A stretch of DNA of 63,096 nucleotides, the filler included, from Reclinomonas americana ATCC 50394 (lineage: Eukaryota), in assembly GCA_048213135.1 (NCBI GenBank). It is 37 parts of 37 records of this genome, joined end to end, with 100 filler letters (N's around TTAATTAATTAA, not from the genome) between each part and the next. Parts side by side here need not be neighbours in the genome. Positions count along the whole stretch, not along the records: positions 23,780 to 25,403 come from AFZH01025381.1; positions 25,504 to 27,124 come from AFZH01025382.1; positions 27,225 to 28,845 come from AFZH01025383.1; positions 28,946 to 30,564 come from AFZH01025385.1; positions 30,665 to 32,284 come from AFZH01025386.1; positions 32,385 to 34,002 come from AFZH01025387.1; positions 34,103 to 35,720 come from AFZH01025388.1; 30 more parts are not named here. One strand, 5' to 3'. Made by a program: the position numbers and the translations under genes. Below the pieces are notes generated by a model that saw only the letters and a list, made by a program, of their open reading frames with translations, was not told the DNA's origin and made no database searches. Every line of letters starts with the position of its first letter. Position 1 is the stretch's first letter. Shown one piece after another: positions 24,040 through 35,820 of the stretch.

Positions 24040-25192
24040 GAACTCGAGCTTGACCGCCACCGCGCCTTTTCTTTCTCCAACTTGGACTCCACCAATTTGA
24101 GCCGCTCCACCAACTTGTGCCTCTCGCCTGCACACTCGACACGTGAGCGATATCGAAGCAACCATCAAGCCACAAACAACAACAGAGACGCAACGACCCG
24201 ACACCATCTCCAACTGCATCCTCAGCGCAATCGCCTCGTCCTCCAACTCCATCTCGCTGACTGGCTTCTCCTTCTTCTTTTGCTATGAATGGGGAAGCAG
24301 CGGTGAGCGAGCAAGCAGAGATACTGAGAATTGACGAGTCGCGCGCGCAACTTCAGAGTCGGTGATCCCGAGCGAGCGCAAAATCTTTTTCGGTACAGGA
24401 CTGCGGTCGACGGGACACACGCACTGCTCGCGCAGCCATTCGGCGAGGCAGCAGGAGTGGAAGGCGTGGTTGCAGGGTAGTCGGGTGACGGGGGTTCCGT
24501 TGTCGAGTTCGACGAGGTCGATGGGGCAGCTGCAAAAGGGGAAGGGAAAAGGGGGAAGGGGACAGGGGAAAACAAAAGAATGAGTCGCGTAGTCTCTTCT
24601 TTCTCTTACAACAAAGAGGGGACAGTGCGGTAACAGCAACAAATCAAGAGACAGTTGAGCGAGAGAGAAACCTTCTCAGTCGCAGAGTACAAGGAGAGCT
24701 TAAAACGGAAGGATGCGCGAATACAGTCTGTCATGAAAGACGCAACAAAGTGCACATGGGAGATGTTCGACAACGACAAGGAGATGAAACGAGCGAGGAA
24801 GGATAGACAGAGGGAGAGCTTGTCCCTTGTGATAACAGAGACTCTCCCCCACGATTACACATGCATAGAGACTTCTCTCGCTTGCCGACCACCTCCTTTG
24901 CCCATCTCTTCCGCCTTCACGCAACATCTCCTCCTCCGGCTGCCTACTTGGTCTCCTGTGCTGCTGCGCTGTCTGCTGCTGCTCCTGCTGTGACGACGCA
25001 TCCGTTGCCGCCCCCGCTGCTGCCGCTCCACCACCACTCGCCGGCGACGCCAGCGTCAACGCCGCCAGAATCGTGCGCATCTCCTTCTCCTCCTCCCGCT
25101 GCTGCAGTCGCAACACAATGCGATCCTCCATGTCGCACACAAACGGCGTGCGTAATGTGCGCACGTCGACGCCTTGCAAGGAGGGGAACTGT
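24040..25192 (-). CDS. RING-H2-type E3 ligase-like protein, internal exons (boundaries approximate)
   Basis: CPIDLVELDNGTPVTRLPCNHAFHSCCLAEWLREQCVCPVDR. Confidence 0.8.
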
Positions 25193-25328
25193 GCATGCCG
25201 TGAAAGCAATGAGTTGTCAGAGAGAGGGAAGGAGATGGACAAGGGCAGGGTCACACGAAGAGAGAAAAGGGGGAGAGGGAAGGGAGAGGGACGGAAAGGA
25301 CGAGGAGGAAGGGAGGGAGGGAGGGAGG

Positions 25329-25398
<70 letters not shown>

Positions 25399-25961
25399 GA
25401 GAGNNNNNNNNNNNNNNNNNNNNNNNNNNNNNNNNNNNNNNNNNNNNTTAATTAATTAANNNNNNNNNNNNNNNNNNNNNNNNNNNNNNNNNNNNNNNNN
25501 NNNAACCAACAACTGACCGTCCGAGGCGACAACAACAGAGCACACAGTGGTGGACGTCGGGGCAAAACCCTTCCAACCTCACCTTCCAGCCATCGACGAG
25601 CGATGCGCTCCACAACAGGACCGAGGAAGATATAAAACAACTGGTAAAAAGTACCTTCGGAAGAGACCACTCGCGCCCAAGGCTGCTGACTCGTGCACCA
25701 CAAGCACCGAGACAGACCGAATGTGTGAAAACAAGCCATGCGCTAAAGTCACCAGTATGAAACAGACTCCAACCAAAGTACACGACGATCCAAAACAAGT
25801 GGCGAGGCTGAGAAGAACCACCACCACCAATTGCTGACTCCCAGCGCCGACCAACAGCAGTGTCCAAGTGCGAGGGTGGGGAGAATCGGGGTTGGAGGAA
25901 GCCACCGGGAACAATCAGTAGATTCCAGGAGATGGAGCATACTTCAGCTGTCTAACGACGT

Positions 25962-27124
25962 CTACAATCCTTCTGCAATACGCGTCACTCTCCACGATCT
26001 CATCGACAAGCCCACCAACATTGCCACGAAAGGCACAACTTCGTAATCGGGATGCAGCCGTCGAAGGTTAGCTGCGTATCGCAGCACCTGCTGATCGGCG
26101 CTAGCTACTGTGGCCGCAAGTGTCGATTCGACCATGCCCCTCGCTTTCTTATCAAAGTACCTGTACGACAGCGAGGGCATATTTTTCCTCTCCTCTTCGG
26201 TCGCGAACTGCTCCTTCGTCTGCACACATGCGAGTAAGCGAGCAGCCAACTTACACCACAAGCAACAGGGAACGCGTACCGGAAGCAAGGCCTCGAGAGC
26301 GGACTGAACTTCATCAATACTGCATGCCTTGGCCTCGAGCTCCATGCCTCTTGTCTGGCTCATCGGAGAACCACGGATATTGAGGCGGATCCCGTTCAGT
26401 GGAATGTACTTGAACTCGAACACCAGAATGCGCTTCGGACACTTTGTGAAAAGCACCATGTCGCAGAATGCGGACAGCGGCTGGCTCTACCTCAAAGAGT
26501 GAGTGTAAGAAAAAATCTTGTTGTGGGAAGCATTGTCACGAACCTCTACGCTGCTGGCATTCAGCTCACGGCTAATTTTGACCGGCACTTTGGCGCCTTT
26601 GAACAGCGCGTCGAAGGCGTCCCTGACGTTGGCCTCGCGCAAGTCCTCCGGGTTCCGCCACGCACACTTGCGTAAAATACCTTCACACGCATCGCTCAAG
26701 GGAACAATGTCGAGATCACTGCGGTGCGTTGAGCAACTAGGAGAGAGAAACACGACGTGGAGCGCAAATGAAACAAACCTGAGGAGCGAATCGCAAGCAG
26801 TTGGGTTGACACGCTGCAGAAGGCGTTGGAGAATGCGGTCGCGCGTGCTCTGATTCGGCACCATCAGCGCTATGCGAGGGAGTCAGCGCCAAGGACGTGA
26901 ATAAAAGAAGACGAAAAACGACAAACGCAACAATTTCCATCCGGCGCGATGGTAAAGCCACCGAGGTACTGGCAGAACTGTGCAAACGTGTCTGCATTGC
27001 CACTGACAATGTCGTCTCCGCGAAAAGCTCGCTTGCCACGCGGCAAAGATATCTTGGAGCCACGTAGCATGCCAAGTAACGACGGAAGGTGAGGCGACTC
27101 GACCATCATCTGCAGTGCCGTGCT
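25962..27124 (-). CDS. C-terminal part of an AAA-ATPase-like / PD-(D/E)XK nuclease family protein, with four introns
   Basis: YLGGFTI...LMVPN, E...FCDMVL...LVFEFK and ADQQVLRY motifs in the order typical of the family; TAG stop at 25962-25964. Confidence 0.7.
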
Positions 27125-27228
27125 NNNNNNNNNNNNNNNNNNNNNNNNNNNNNNNNNNNNNNNNNNNNTTAATTAATTAANNNNNNNNNNNNNNNNNNNN
27201 NNNNNNNNNNNNNNNNNNNNNNNNTATT

Positions 27229-28845
27229 TCATTTTTGCGACTTCCGACGGCGTGCTGGCTGCTGTCGTCGGGCAAGTGGCGGTGGCGGTGGCGGTGGCGG
27301 AGGAGGAGGTGCCATTAGTGGTGGTGCACCGTACGGCATCCAGTGCCCCGGCGGCGGGAACATGTAAGAAGCAGACAAGGGCTGTTGCGTGTACGGCCAT
27401 GGTGCGGGCCAGCCGGCACCGGCAGCGAACGGTGGCGCCACTGCTGCTGCTGCTGCTGCTGCCGGTCGCTGTGGAGCTCGGCGACGACGACGAGGACGGG
27501 CTTTCGGTGACGGTCGATCTTCCTCTTCCTCGTCTGACGACGATGCGGAGGAGGAGGATGTCTCGTGAATTTCGCCGTCCTCGGTGGACGACGAGGAGGC
27601 AGAGGAGCTATCGTCGGCATCCGACGACGACGCAGCAGAGGAGGAGGACGACCGTCGTGAAGATGACGATGATGCCGATGATGAAGAGGAGGAGGACGAA
27701 CGACGGCGGTGGCGGGCGGGCGAAGGTGAAGGCGACCGGTGGCGTCGTGTTGACACCGCCGACGCCGTGGTTGCGGCAGCAGAACGATTCGAGTCGGCCT
27801 TTACCACCGCCTCCTCGATGGTGGCCAGCAGGTCCGGGTCAGCCGAGGAGCCACCGTCAACCTGTAATCGCATGTCACGCAGCTTCTCCAGCGCTTCCCT
27901 GGCAATACACAACTCAGCACAGATAACACAAACGCATGGACTGCTGCCATTCATCATGTACGCACTGTTCAGCTGCTGTCTCCAGCGGATCGAGGAAACT
28001 GTCGAGCGTCGACAAATCATCCGGCAGAGGAACAAAGGGAGCCTTGGCGCGTTCATGATACGCACGCAAGCTCTCCACCTGGTTCTCGTCAACAATGCTG
28101 ATCGCCAAACCGTATGTGCCTGCAGGGTGGCAGCAACGGATCAGAGGCTGCTGTTGTGTAGAGGATGTGAGTTTGGTGGCAGAGCAACGTACCAAAGCGA
28201 CCAGCTCGTCCAACGCGATGCAAAAACGTGTCGACATCGCGCGGCATGTCCAAATTCACCACCAAGTTCACCTTGTCAATGTCGATGCCACGGGCGGTCT
28301 GCACAGCACGCAACTCAGCGGCAAGACGCTCATATTATCTCTCTCGCACACACACACACACCAAGTCCGTGGAGAGCAACACGCGTAGCTGGAACGAACG
28401 GAAGCGGTCCATGATCTGGAGCCGCTCTCGCTGCTCCTGCGTGCTGCTGATGAACGCCGACGGGAAACCGTGGGTCGACAGCACACTCACGAGGCTCTCG
28501 GCACTGCACACACGAAGCGGAGAAAGACGTAGTGAGAAGCTCACGTGGGACTGTGACACAGCAGCACCTCGAATCTCCGCACAACACCACACACCGACCA
28601 CGTTGGTTGCAAAACACAATGCACTGGTGGAACGAGATACGCGAGAGCAGCTCGACGAGAATTTGGCCCTTGCGTGCAAACTCGCGCACCGACAGCGTCT
28701 CGTGCGCAAACGACTTGTAGTACATCTTGACGCCGCGCAGCAGCACCGAGCCACCAGCGTCGGTGAGGTTGACGCGTTTCGGATCGCGCATGTAACTGCT
28801 CAGCAGCTGCACCAAGGAGTGCGGAAAGGTGGCCGAGAAGGCCAA
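27229..28845 (-). CDS. DDX20: DEAD-box RNA helicase, DDX20/Gemin3-like, 3' part, copy A
   Basis: [54 protein letters not shown]; Ser/Pro-rich tail. Confidence 0.8.
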
Positions 28846-28945
28846 NNNNNNNNNNNNNNNNNNNNNNNNNNNNNNNNNNNNNNNNNNNNTTAATTAATTA
28901 ANNNNNNNNNNNNNNNNNNNNNNNNNNNNNNNNNNNNNNNNNNNN

Positions 28946-29978
28946 CGCCTGGCACAGGTAAATCGTGTTTGGATCTGCACACACCAACACGTGTCAGCTC
29001 CACATTCACTTGTCAAGAGAGAGTGAACAGCAAACCTGGCACCAGGGACGGCAAATCGGCCACAGAAACCATGGTGATGGGCAGCAGCTTCAAAATCTCC
29101 ATCGAGCCCGTGGCCACACTGCCACGCGCTGTGACGACAAACACCAGCGGTGCCAGACTCTCGTCCAGACCAAACTGACGAATCTGATTGCCAGCATCGC
29201 GAACCGCCTCCTTGGCCTTGTCGAGGGTGGCGTAGTTGCGCGCCCACGCAATGTACTAAACACGCAGCGCAGCGCATGAGACAAGAGACACACACACATA
29301 CATGCACAAGAGATGCGGTACGCAACCAAGAACGGAGTGGCGACACCACGTGACAACAGGCGATCACCGAGCACGTGGAGCGCATCGATAGTGCCAGCCA
29401 AGCCCGCAAACGGACCAAAGCGGACCATGCGCTCCCCTTCAGCGTCACGAATAGGCTCGTAGTCGAACAAACGAATGTTTTGCAGAAGCAGCGAATCGAG
29501 CAGCGGCATGTTGTACGTCTGCGCCTTGATCGTGTGCGAGAAGAACATGTAGGTGCGATGCGGCAGGAGGCAGCTGATCGGCACCTCCTTCACCGCCAGA
29601 ATGAGGCAGCACGGAGACAAATCTTCGCAAATCTCCGCACCCGCACGCTCATACTGTACACACGCATCGCCAAGTCAACTCAGTCAGTCACTCAAGAGAG
29701 CATGATGCAGTGACACACATACGCGCACGCACCTCCACGTTGGAGAAGCAACGAATGGGCGACGGCTGCACCAAGATGCGCAGGCCATGCTCACGCACTA
29801 GCGTGGCCACGTGAGCGGGCGTCAGCGGCGCACGCCGCTCCCACTGGTTCTTGTCCTCGCGGCGAATGCCGATGCAGCCATTGGGGGCGAGGCAAGGAGG
29901 CACACTGTCACGGGCGGCCACCGAGGACGGGGAGAGAGGGGAGAGCGGGGTCGTCAGGCGGCTAGTGTCGACCGACAT
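28946..29978 (-). CDS. AASS: Alpha-aminoadipic semialdehyde synthase (LKR/SDH), lysine-ketoglutarate reductase domain, 5' part
   Basis: IGIRREDKNQWERRAPLTPAHV, VQPS..R, VKEVP, FFSHTIKAQTYNMPLLD, FGPFAGLAG, TPFL; spliceosomal introns. Confidence 0.92.
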
Positions 29979-30665
29979 TTCTCACACGCACGCACGCACA
30001 CACACACACGCGAGAGAGAGGCGGAGGTTGAGAAGGGAGGGGTGGAGGAGAAAAGGTGGCAAGCGCGGGGAAACAGCGCGCTCGTCACGGCTTTGGTGTG
30101 AAAGGAAACTGCGTGTCGGATTGCAACTGAATGGATTGCGAATCTCAGCATCTTCTTGCTGCAAACACAACTATCCTTTACTTTTTCGCTTTTTTACATA
30201 AACAGGGGAGGGAGTGGGCGGGGAGAGCGGAGGAGGCACATAAAAAAAAAAGAGACATGCGCACGCGGGGGAGTAAAAAAAACAAATGATACGGTGACAA
30301 CTCTCCCGCGCAAGCCTTCGGAAACAGCCTAGAAAACACATTAACACGGTGGATAAAAGCACCCCCTTCCTACTCTCTCTCTCTCTCTCTCTCCCACTCA
30401 CTCCTCCTCTCCTCGTAGCCTCTCTGTCTTCGAGAGGCGGCGACACTGTCAATCGCCAGCATCGACATTTGCGCGTTTCGACAACGCAGAGTCGTGGACC
30501 ACCGGCCTCGAGCGCGGGTGGAGTGGCGATGCTGAAACGACGGGGGGGGGGGGGAAGAATCCATNNNNNNNNNNNNNNNNNNNNNNNNNNNNNNNNNNNN
30601 NNNNNNNNTTAATTAATTAANNNNNNNNNNNNNNNNNNNNNNNNNNNNNNNNNNNNNNNNNNNNT

Positions 30666-32284
30666 TCATTTCTGTGACTTCCGACGGCGTGCTGGCCCCA
30701 TCTGTCGTCGGGCAGGTGGCGGTGGCGGTGGCGGTGGCGGAGGAGGTGCCATTAGTGGTGGCGCACCGTACGGCATCCAGTGCCCCGGCGGCGGGAACAT
30801 GTAAGAAGCCGACAAGGGCTGTTGCATGTACGGCCATGGTGCGGGCCAGCCGGCACCGGCAGCGAACGGTGGCGTCACTGCTGCTGCTGCTGCTGCTGCT
30901 GCCGGTCGCTGTGGAGCTAGGCGACGACGACGAGGACGGGCTTTCGGTGACGGTCGATCTTCCTCTTCCTCGTCTGATGACGATGCAGACGAGGAAGAGG
31001 ATGTCTCGCGAATTTCGCCGTCCTCGGTGGACGACGAGGAGGCCGAGGAGCTATCGTCGGCATCCGACGACGACGCAGCAGAGGAGGAGGACGACCGTCG
31101 TGAAGATGACGATGATGCCGATGATGAAGAGGAGGAGGACGAACGACGGCGGTGGCGGGCGGGCGAAGGTGAAGGCGACCGGTGGCGTCGTGTTGACACA
31201 GCCGACGCCGTGGTTGCGGCAGCAGAACGATTCGAGTCGGCCTTTACCACTGCCTCCTCGATGGTGGCCAGCAGGTCCGGGTCAGCCGAGGAGCCACCGT
31301 CAACCTGTAATCGCATGTCACGCAGCTTCTCCAGCGCTTCCCTGGCAATACACAACTCAGCACAGATAACACAAACGCATGGACTGCTGCCATTCATCAC
31401 GTACGCACTGTTCAGCTGCCGTCTCCAGCGGATCGAGGAAACTGTCGAGCGTCGACAAATCATCCGGCAGAGGAACAAAGGGAGCCTTGGCGCGTTCATG
31501 ATACGCACGCAAGCTCTCCACCTGGTTCTCGTCGACAATGCTGACCGCCAAACCGTATGTGCCTGCAGGGTGGCAGCAACGGATCAGAGGCTGCTGTTGT
31601 GTAGAGGATGTGAGTTTGGTGGCAGAGCAGCGTACCAAAGCGACCAGCTCGTCCAACGCGATGCAAAAACGTGTCGACATCGCGCGGCATGTCCAAATTC
31701 ACCACCAAGTTCACCTTGTCAATGTCGATGCCACGGGCGGTCTGCACAGCACGCTACTCAGTGGCAAGACTCTCACATCATCTCTCTCGCACACACACAC
31801 CAAGTCCGTGGAGAGCAACACGCGCAGCTGGAATGCACGGAAGCGGTCCATGATCTGGAGCCGCTCTCGCTGCTCCTGCGTGCTGCTGATGAACGCCGAC
31901 GGGAAACCGTGGGTCGACAGCACACTCACGAGGCTCTCGGCACTGCACACGCGAAGCGGAGAAAGACGTAGTGAGAAGCTCACGTGGAACTGTGACACAG
32001 CAGCACCTCGAATCTCCGCACAACACCACACACCGACCACGTTGGTTGCAAAACACAATGCACTGGTGGAACGAGATACGCGAGAGCAGCTCGACGAGAA
32101 TTTGGCCCTTGCGTGCAAACTCGCGCACCGACAGCGTCTCGTGCGCAAACGACTTGTAGTACATCTTGACGCCGCGCAGCAGCACCGAGCCACCAGCGTC
32201 GGTGAGATTGACGCGTTTCGGATCGCGCATGTAACTGCTCAGCAGTTGCACCAAGGAGTGCGGAAAGGTGGCCGAGAAGGCCAG
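30666..32284 (-). CDS. DDX20: DEAD-box RNA helicase, DDX20/Gemin3-like, 3' part, copy B
   Basis: Near-identical to 27229-28845, same exons and breakpoints, scattered SNPs and microsatellite indels. Confidence 0.8.
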
Positions 32285-32384
32285 NNNNNNNNNNNNNNNN
32301 NNNNNNNNNNNNNNNNNNNNNNNNNNNNTTAATTAATTAANNNNNNNNNNNNNNNNNNNNNNNNNNNNNNNNNNNNNNNNNNNN

Positions 32385-32902
32385 TTGCCGGCGGCCAGCG
32401 GAGCCGCCATCTTGCCGGCGCAGAACATGAAGGGGTGGTTGAAGGCGAGGATGCGGGCGACGACGCCGAGCGGCTGGCGCACCGTGAGGTTGATTGCATC
32501 GGGGCCCATTGGAATGGTGTCGCCCTTCATCTCGGTGACGAGGCCGCCGAAGAAGTCGAGCTGTGCCGCGGCTATACCGGCGTCACCGATCATCTCGCGC
32601 ACCGGATTGCCGCAATTGGCGGCGTCGAGCGCGGCGAGTTCGCGGGCATTGTCGCGGACGACAGCCGCAATCGCCTTGAGGATGCGCCCACGCTCCAGAG
32701 GCGGCACCTGGCGCCACATCCTGAAACCCGCCCGCGCCGCTGCGACCGCAGCGTCGATATCGGCTGCGGAGGCCTCCGCGACATCGCAGATGGGCTCGTT
32801 CGTGCCGGGGTTGAGCGTCGCGACATAGCGTCCCGACAGCGGATGGCGCCAGCTTCCGCCGATATAGAGGCTGCGGCCGGTCGGCGCGGGCTTGTCGAGC
32901 AT
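32385..32902 (-). CDS. Bacterial aldehyde dehydrogenase, 5' part
   Basis: LYIGGSW, NPGT, ERGRIL, RQPLGVVARILAFNHPFMF..K.AAPLAAG; no introns; high GC3. Confidence 0.92.
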
Positions 32903-33026
32903 GGCTGGTCTCACGGCAGGGGTGCGCTCGGCGCGAACACTCGCGCACGCACAGGCTGCGTTCAAAGACTTTCCCGCTTTGGCCGCGATGCCGAAAAACT
33001 ACTTCGCAGTTGCGAGACGTCGCCGG

Positions 33027-34002
33027 CTAGCCCCGAGCAGCGGCCATCTCGGCTTCGGTCTCGTCCTGCTCCATCCCGTCGAGCACAGCGACCTCCTCGC
33101 TCGATGCGCCGAGCTTGCGCCAGTCCTCGCTCTTGGGAACGATGCCCTGATAGGAGCGCAGCTTGGCCTGCGGGATATGCGGCTCGATGAGGCCGATGGG
33201 CTCGCTGCCTGCGGCGTGCTTGCGCGCAGCATCGATCATCACGCGGCGGAACTGAACGATGGCGATGTCGCTGGCGCCCAGGCGCTCGCTGGTGCGATCC
33301 GCGATCGGCCCCATCGATTCCCACATCATGATGTCCTGGTTCGGAATCCCCGGGACGCCGGTGAAGTCACCGAGCTTCATCGCCTTGCGGTCCTGCAGAT
33401 AATTGTTCGCCTTGTGGCGCAGCATCGGCTTGTAGGTCTTGTCGAGATCAATGCCGACCTGCGCGACGCAGAACTTGCGCCAGCTCTCCTGGTCGATGCA
33501 GTCGTCATTGCCCCAGGCGATGAAGTGGAAGTAGCTGGATACATCGTCCTTGGGCACGATCACCGTGGCGACGTTGTAGGAGGAATTCGGCGGGATCAGC
33601 GCCGCGAAGGGCGCGACGAAGACCGTCAGCCGGATGTAGTCATGCGTCTGCGCGTTGACGATCGGCCGCCGGATCGCGGCATAGCGGAAGCCGTAATTGG
33701 TCAGCTGAACCTGGATTCGCGGATTCTTGTCGGTCGATGGCCGCGTCCAGTGTGTCGCGGTCGTGCCCGCCGTGGTCACGCGGGCGGGCTTCATGTCGGA
33801 TGAGTGCAGGCTGGAGGAATGGGCGGAATCGATCTGCCCTTCCATGATCTGCGCCCAGTTGCACGGCAGGTCGATCTTCACGATCGAGACCTTGGCCTCC
33901 GGCGTCGGAGCCCAGGCCGGTGGCTCGAACTCCGGCATCAGCTCCTTCGGCCCCATATAGACCCAGATGAATCCGCCGGCTTCTTCAGTCGGATAGGCCT
34001 TA
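33027..34002 (-). CDS. Bacterial Rieske non-heme iron oxygenase (phthalate 4,5-dioxygenase/LigXa-like), catalytic domain, 5'-truncated
   Basis: CNWAQIMEGQIDSAHSSSLH iron-binding motif; NQDIMMWESMGPIADR..ERLGASD. Confidence 0.9.
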
Positions 34003-34102
34003 NNNNNNNNNNNNNNNNNNNNNNNNNNNNNNNNNNNNNNNNNNNNTTAATTAATTAANNNNNNNNNNNNNNNNNNNNNNNNNNNNNNNNNNNNNNNNNN
34101 NN

Positions 34103-35274
34103 AATATATCTGACTCCCGTGAATCGCAGGAGACGGAGCTCAAGGCGCAGCGCATTGAGTTGGCCAAGTTTGAGAAGAAGGAGGGAGCGAAGAAGGCGCG
34201 AGCGTATGCGCGGTGGAAGGAGGAGGAGGCTCTGGTGCAGCAAAAGGTTTTGCAGAGTGGCCATTGTTGTTCTTCTTCTCTGCTGTCTGTCTGTGCTGAC
34301 TCGCGACAACAGTCGGATTTCATCGACGAACTCAAGGCGGAGCTGCAGGAACTGTACAGAAGGAAGAAGGAAAAGGAGGACATTCTAGGTGCATTCCCTC
34401 TCCTTTTCCATCTCCATCTCGTTTCTCCTTCCCCGTCTCGCCCATCTCATCGCCTGTTTTCGCAGAGGAGTACGGCGAGTACGCCACCTATCTGTACTCG
34501 GTGGCCCAACAGCATGGCTCCAACTTTTCCGAGCCGGCCGACATTCTCGCGCGCTACAACGTGCTGATTGAGACGTACCGGAAATTGTCGCGCACCGTGG
34601 AGCAGTACAATGGGGAGATTGAGAGGAAACGGAAAGAGTATCACCACATCTCGGAGGAGAAGCAGCGCGAGATTGTGCTGCGCAACAAGGATCTGGCGGC
34701 CAAGCAGGTGGAGCTCGACGAGCTGCGCTCGCACTTTGTCTCTCGCGAGAGCGACATGATCAACAAGGAGAAGAACATTAATGCGACGGTTCGCGTCTGT
34801 CATTATCGTCACTGGGTCGCTCCTGTCGTCACTCACTCACTCACTCGTTCCGCACAGACGAGTGTCCTCGGACAGATCACCATGGCGGTGGAAAACATTC
34901 TGCATCTGTGCCGCCTGCCACGCACGAGTGCCGACATTTCGGCGCGTCTCGAGCAGATTCAGTCGCGCCTGCTGTTGTACTCTGAGATTGTCGAGTGGTG
35001 GAAGCAGTCGGGTGGCGCCGAGCAGGCGGCCGCCGATGCTGCTGCTGCGCAGGCGCCGGGTGCTGCTGGCAAATCGGCAGCAGCCATGGGCGCGGGGGCT
35101 GGCAGTGGTAGTGGTGCGGGTGGCGGAGCGGCCAAGGGCAGGCGTAAGGGTGGCGCCAGCAGCACCTCGCCGAGCGCGTCGTCTGCCTCCCGGGCGCCGT
35201 CAGAGATGAATGCCTCGTTCAGTGACCGAGGTTCCGAAGCCGCGCTCTCTAGTCATCGATCTTCACGCATGTAA
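34103..35274 (+). CDS. CCDC42/CFAP73-like (DUF4200) coiled-coil cilia-associated protein, 3' part
   Basis: KFEKKEGAKKARA, YGEYATYLYSV, FSEPADILARYNVLIET and LGQITMAVENI patterns; three GT-AG introns; TAA stop. Confidence 0.7.
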
Positions 35275-35403
35275 TAATACACACACACACACCTGGATGA
35301 TAGTACCCTCATTTGTGTGTTTCGTTTACTTGAATTGAAGTATTCCAGGGCCACATTGCTACGTGTTGTTGTTGTTGTTTTCATCTGTGTGAGTGGTGGT
35401 AAT

Positions 35404-35720
35404 TCACCGGCTGTGCTCGCTCCCCGACGACGACAATGAGCGTGAACGCGAGCGCGACGATGACGACAGCGAGCGCGATCGTGAACGTGAACCAGAGCGT
35501 CGACGAGGGGCTGCAGCAGCACCAGCGGACGCAGCGGCAGCAGCAGCAGGAGCAGCAGCTCGTTGCGGTACCACCACCGTCGAAGCCACACGGCGCTTCG
35601 GCGCCACCGGCTCCTCGTCCTCCTCGTTGTCGTCAACAGGGCGCGGAGTGGGTGAGTCGAGGCGGCGTCGACGTGGCGATAGCGGTGATGGTGATCGACG
35701 ACCACCACCACCACGACGAG
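35404..35720 (-). CDS. 3' end of an Arg/Ser-rich protein
   Basis: RRRSGSRSRSRSLSSSSRSRSRS then TGA; convergent with the previous gene. Confidence 0.5.
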
Positions 35721-35820
35721 NNNNNNNNNNNNNNNNNNNNNNNNNNNNNNNNNNNNNNNNNNNNTTAATTAATTAANNNNNNNNNNNNNNNNNNNNNNNN
35801 NNNNNNNNNNNNNNNNNNNN

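Noticed and set aside
25504..25960. A/C-rich segment with a purine tract as an LTR-retrotransposon remnant
   Set aside because: No RT, integrase or LTR motif could be identified; evidence too weak to call.
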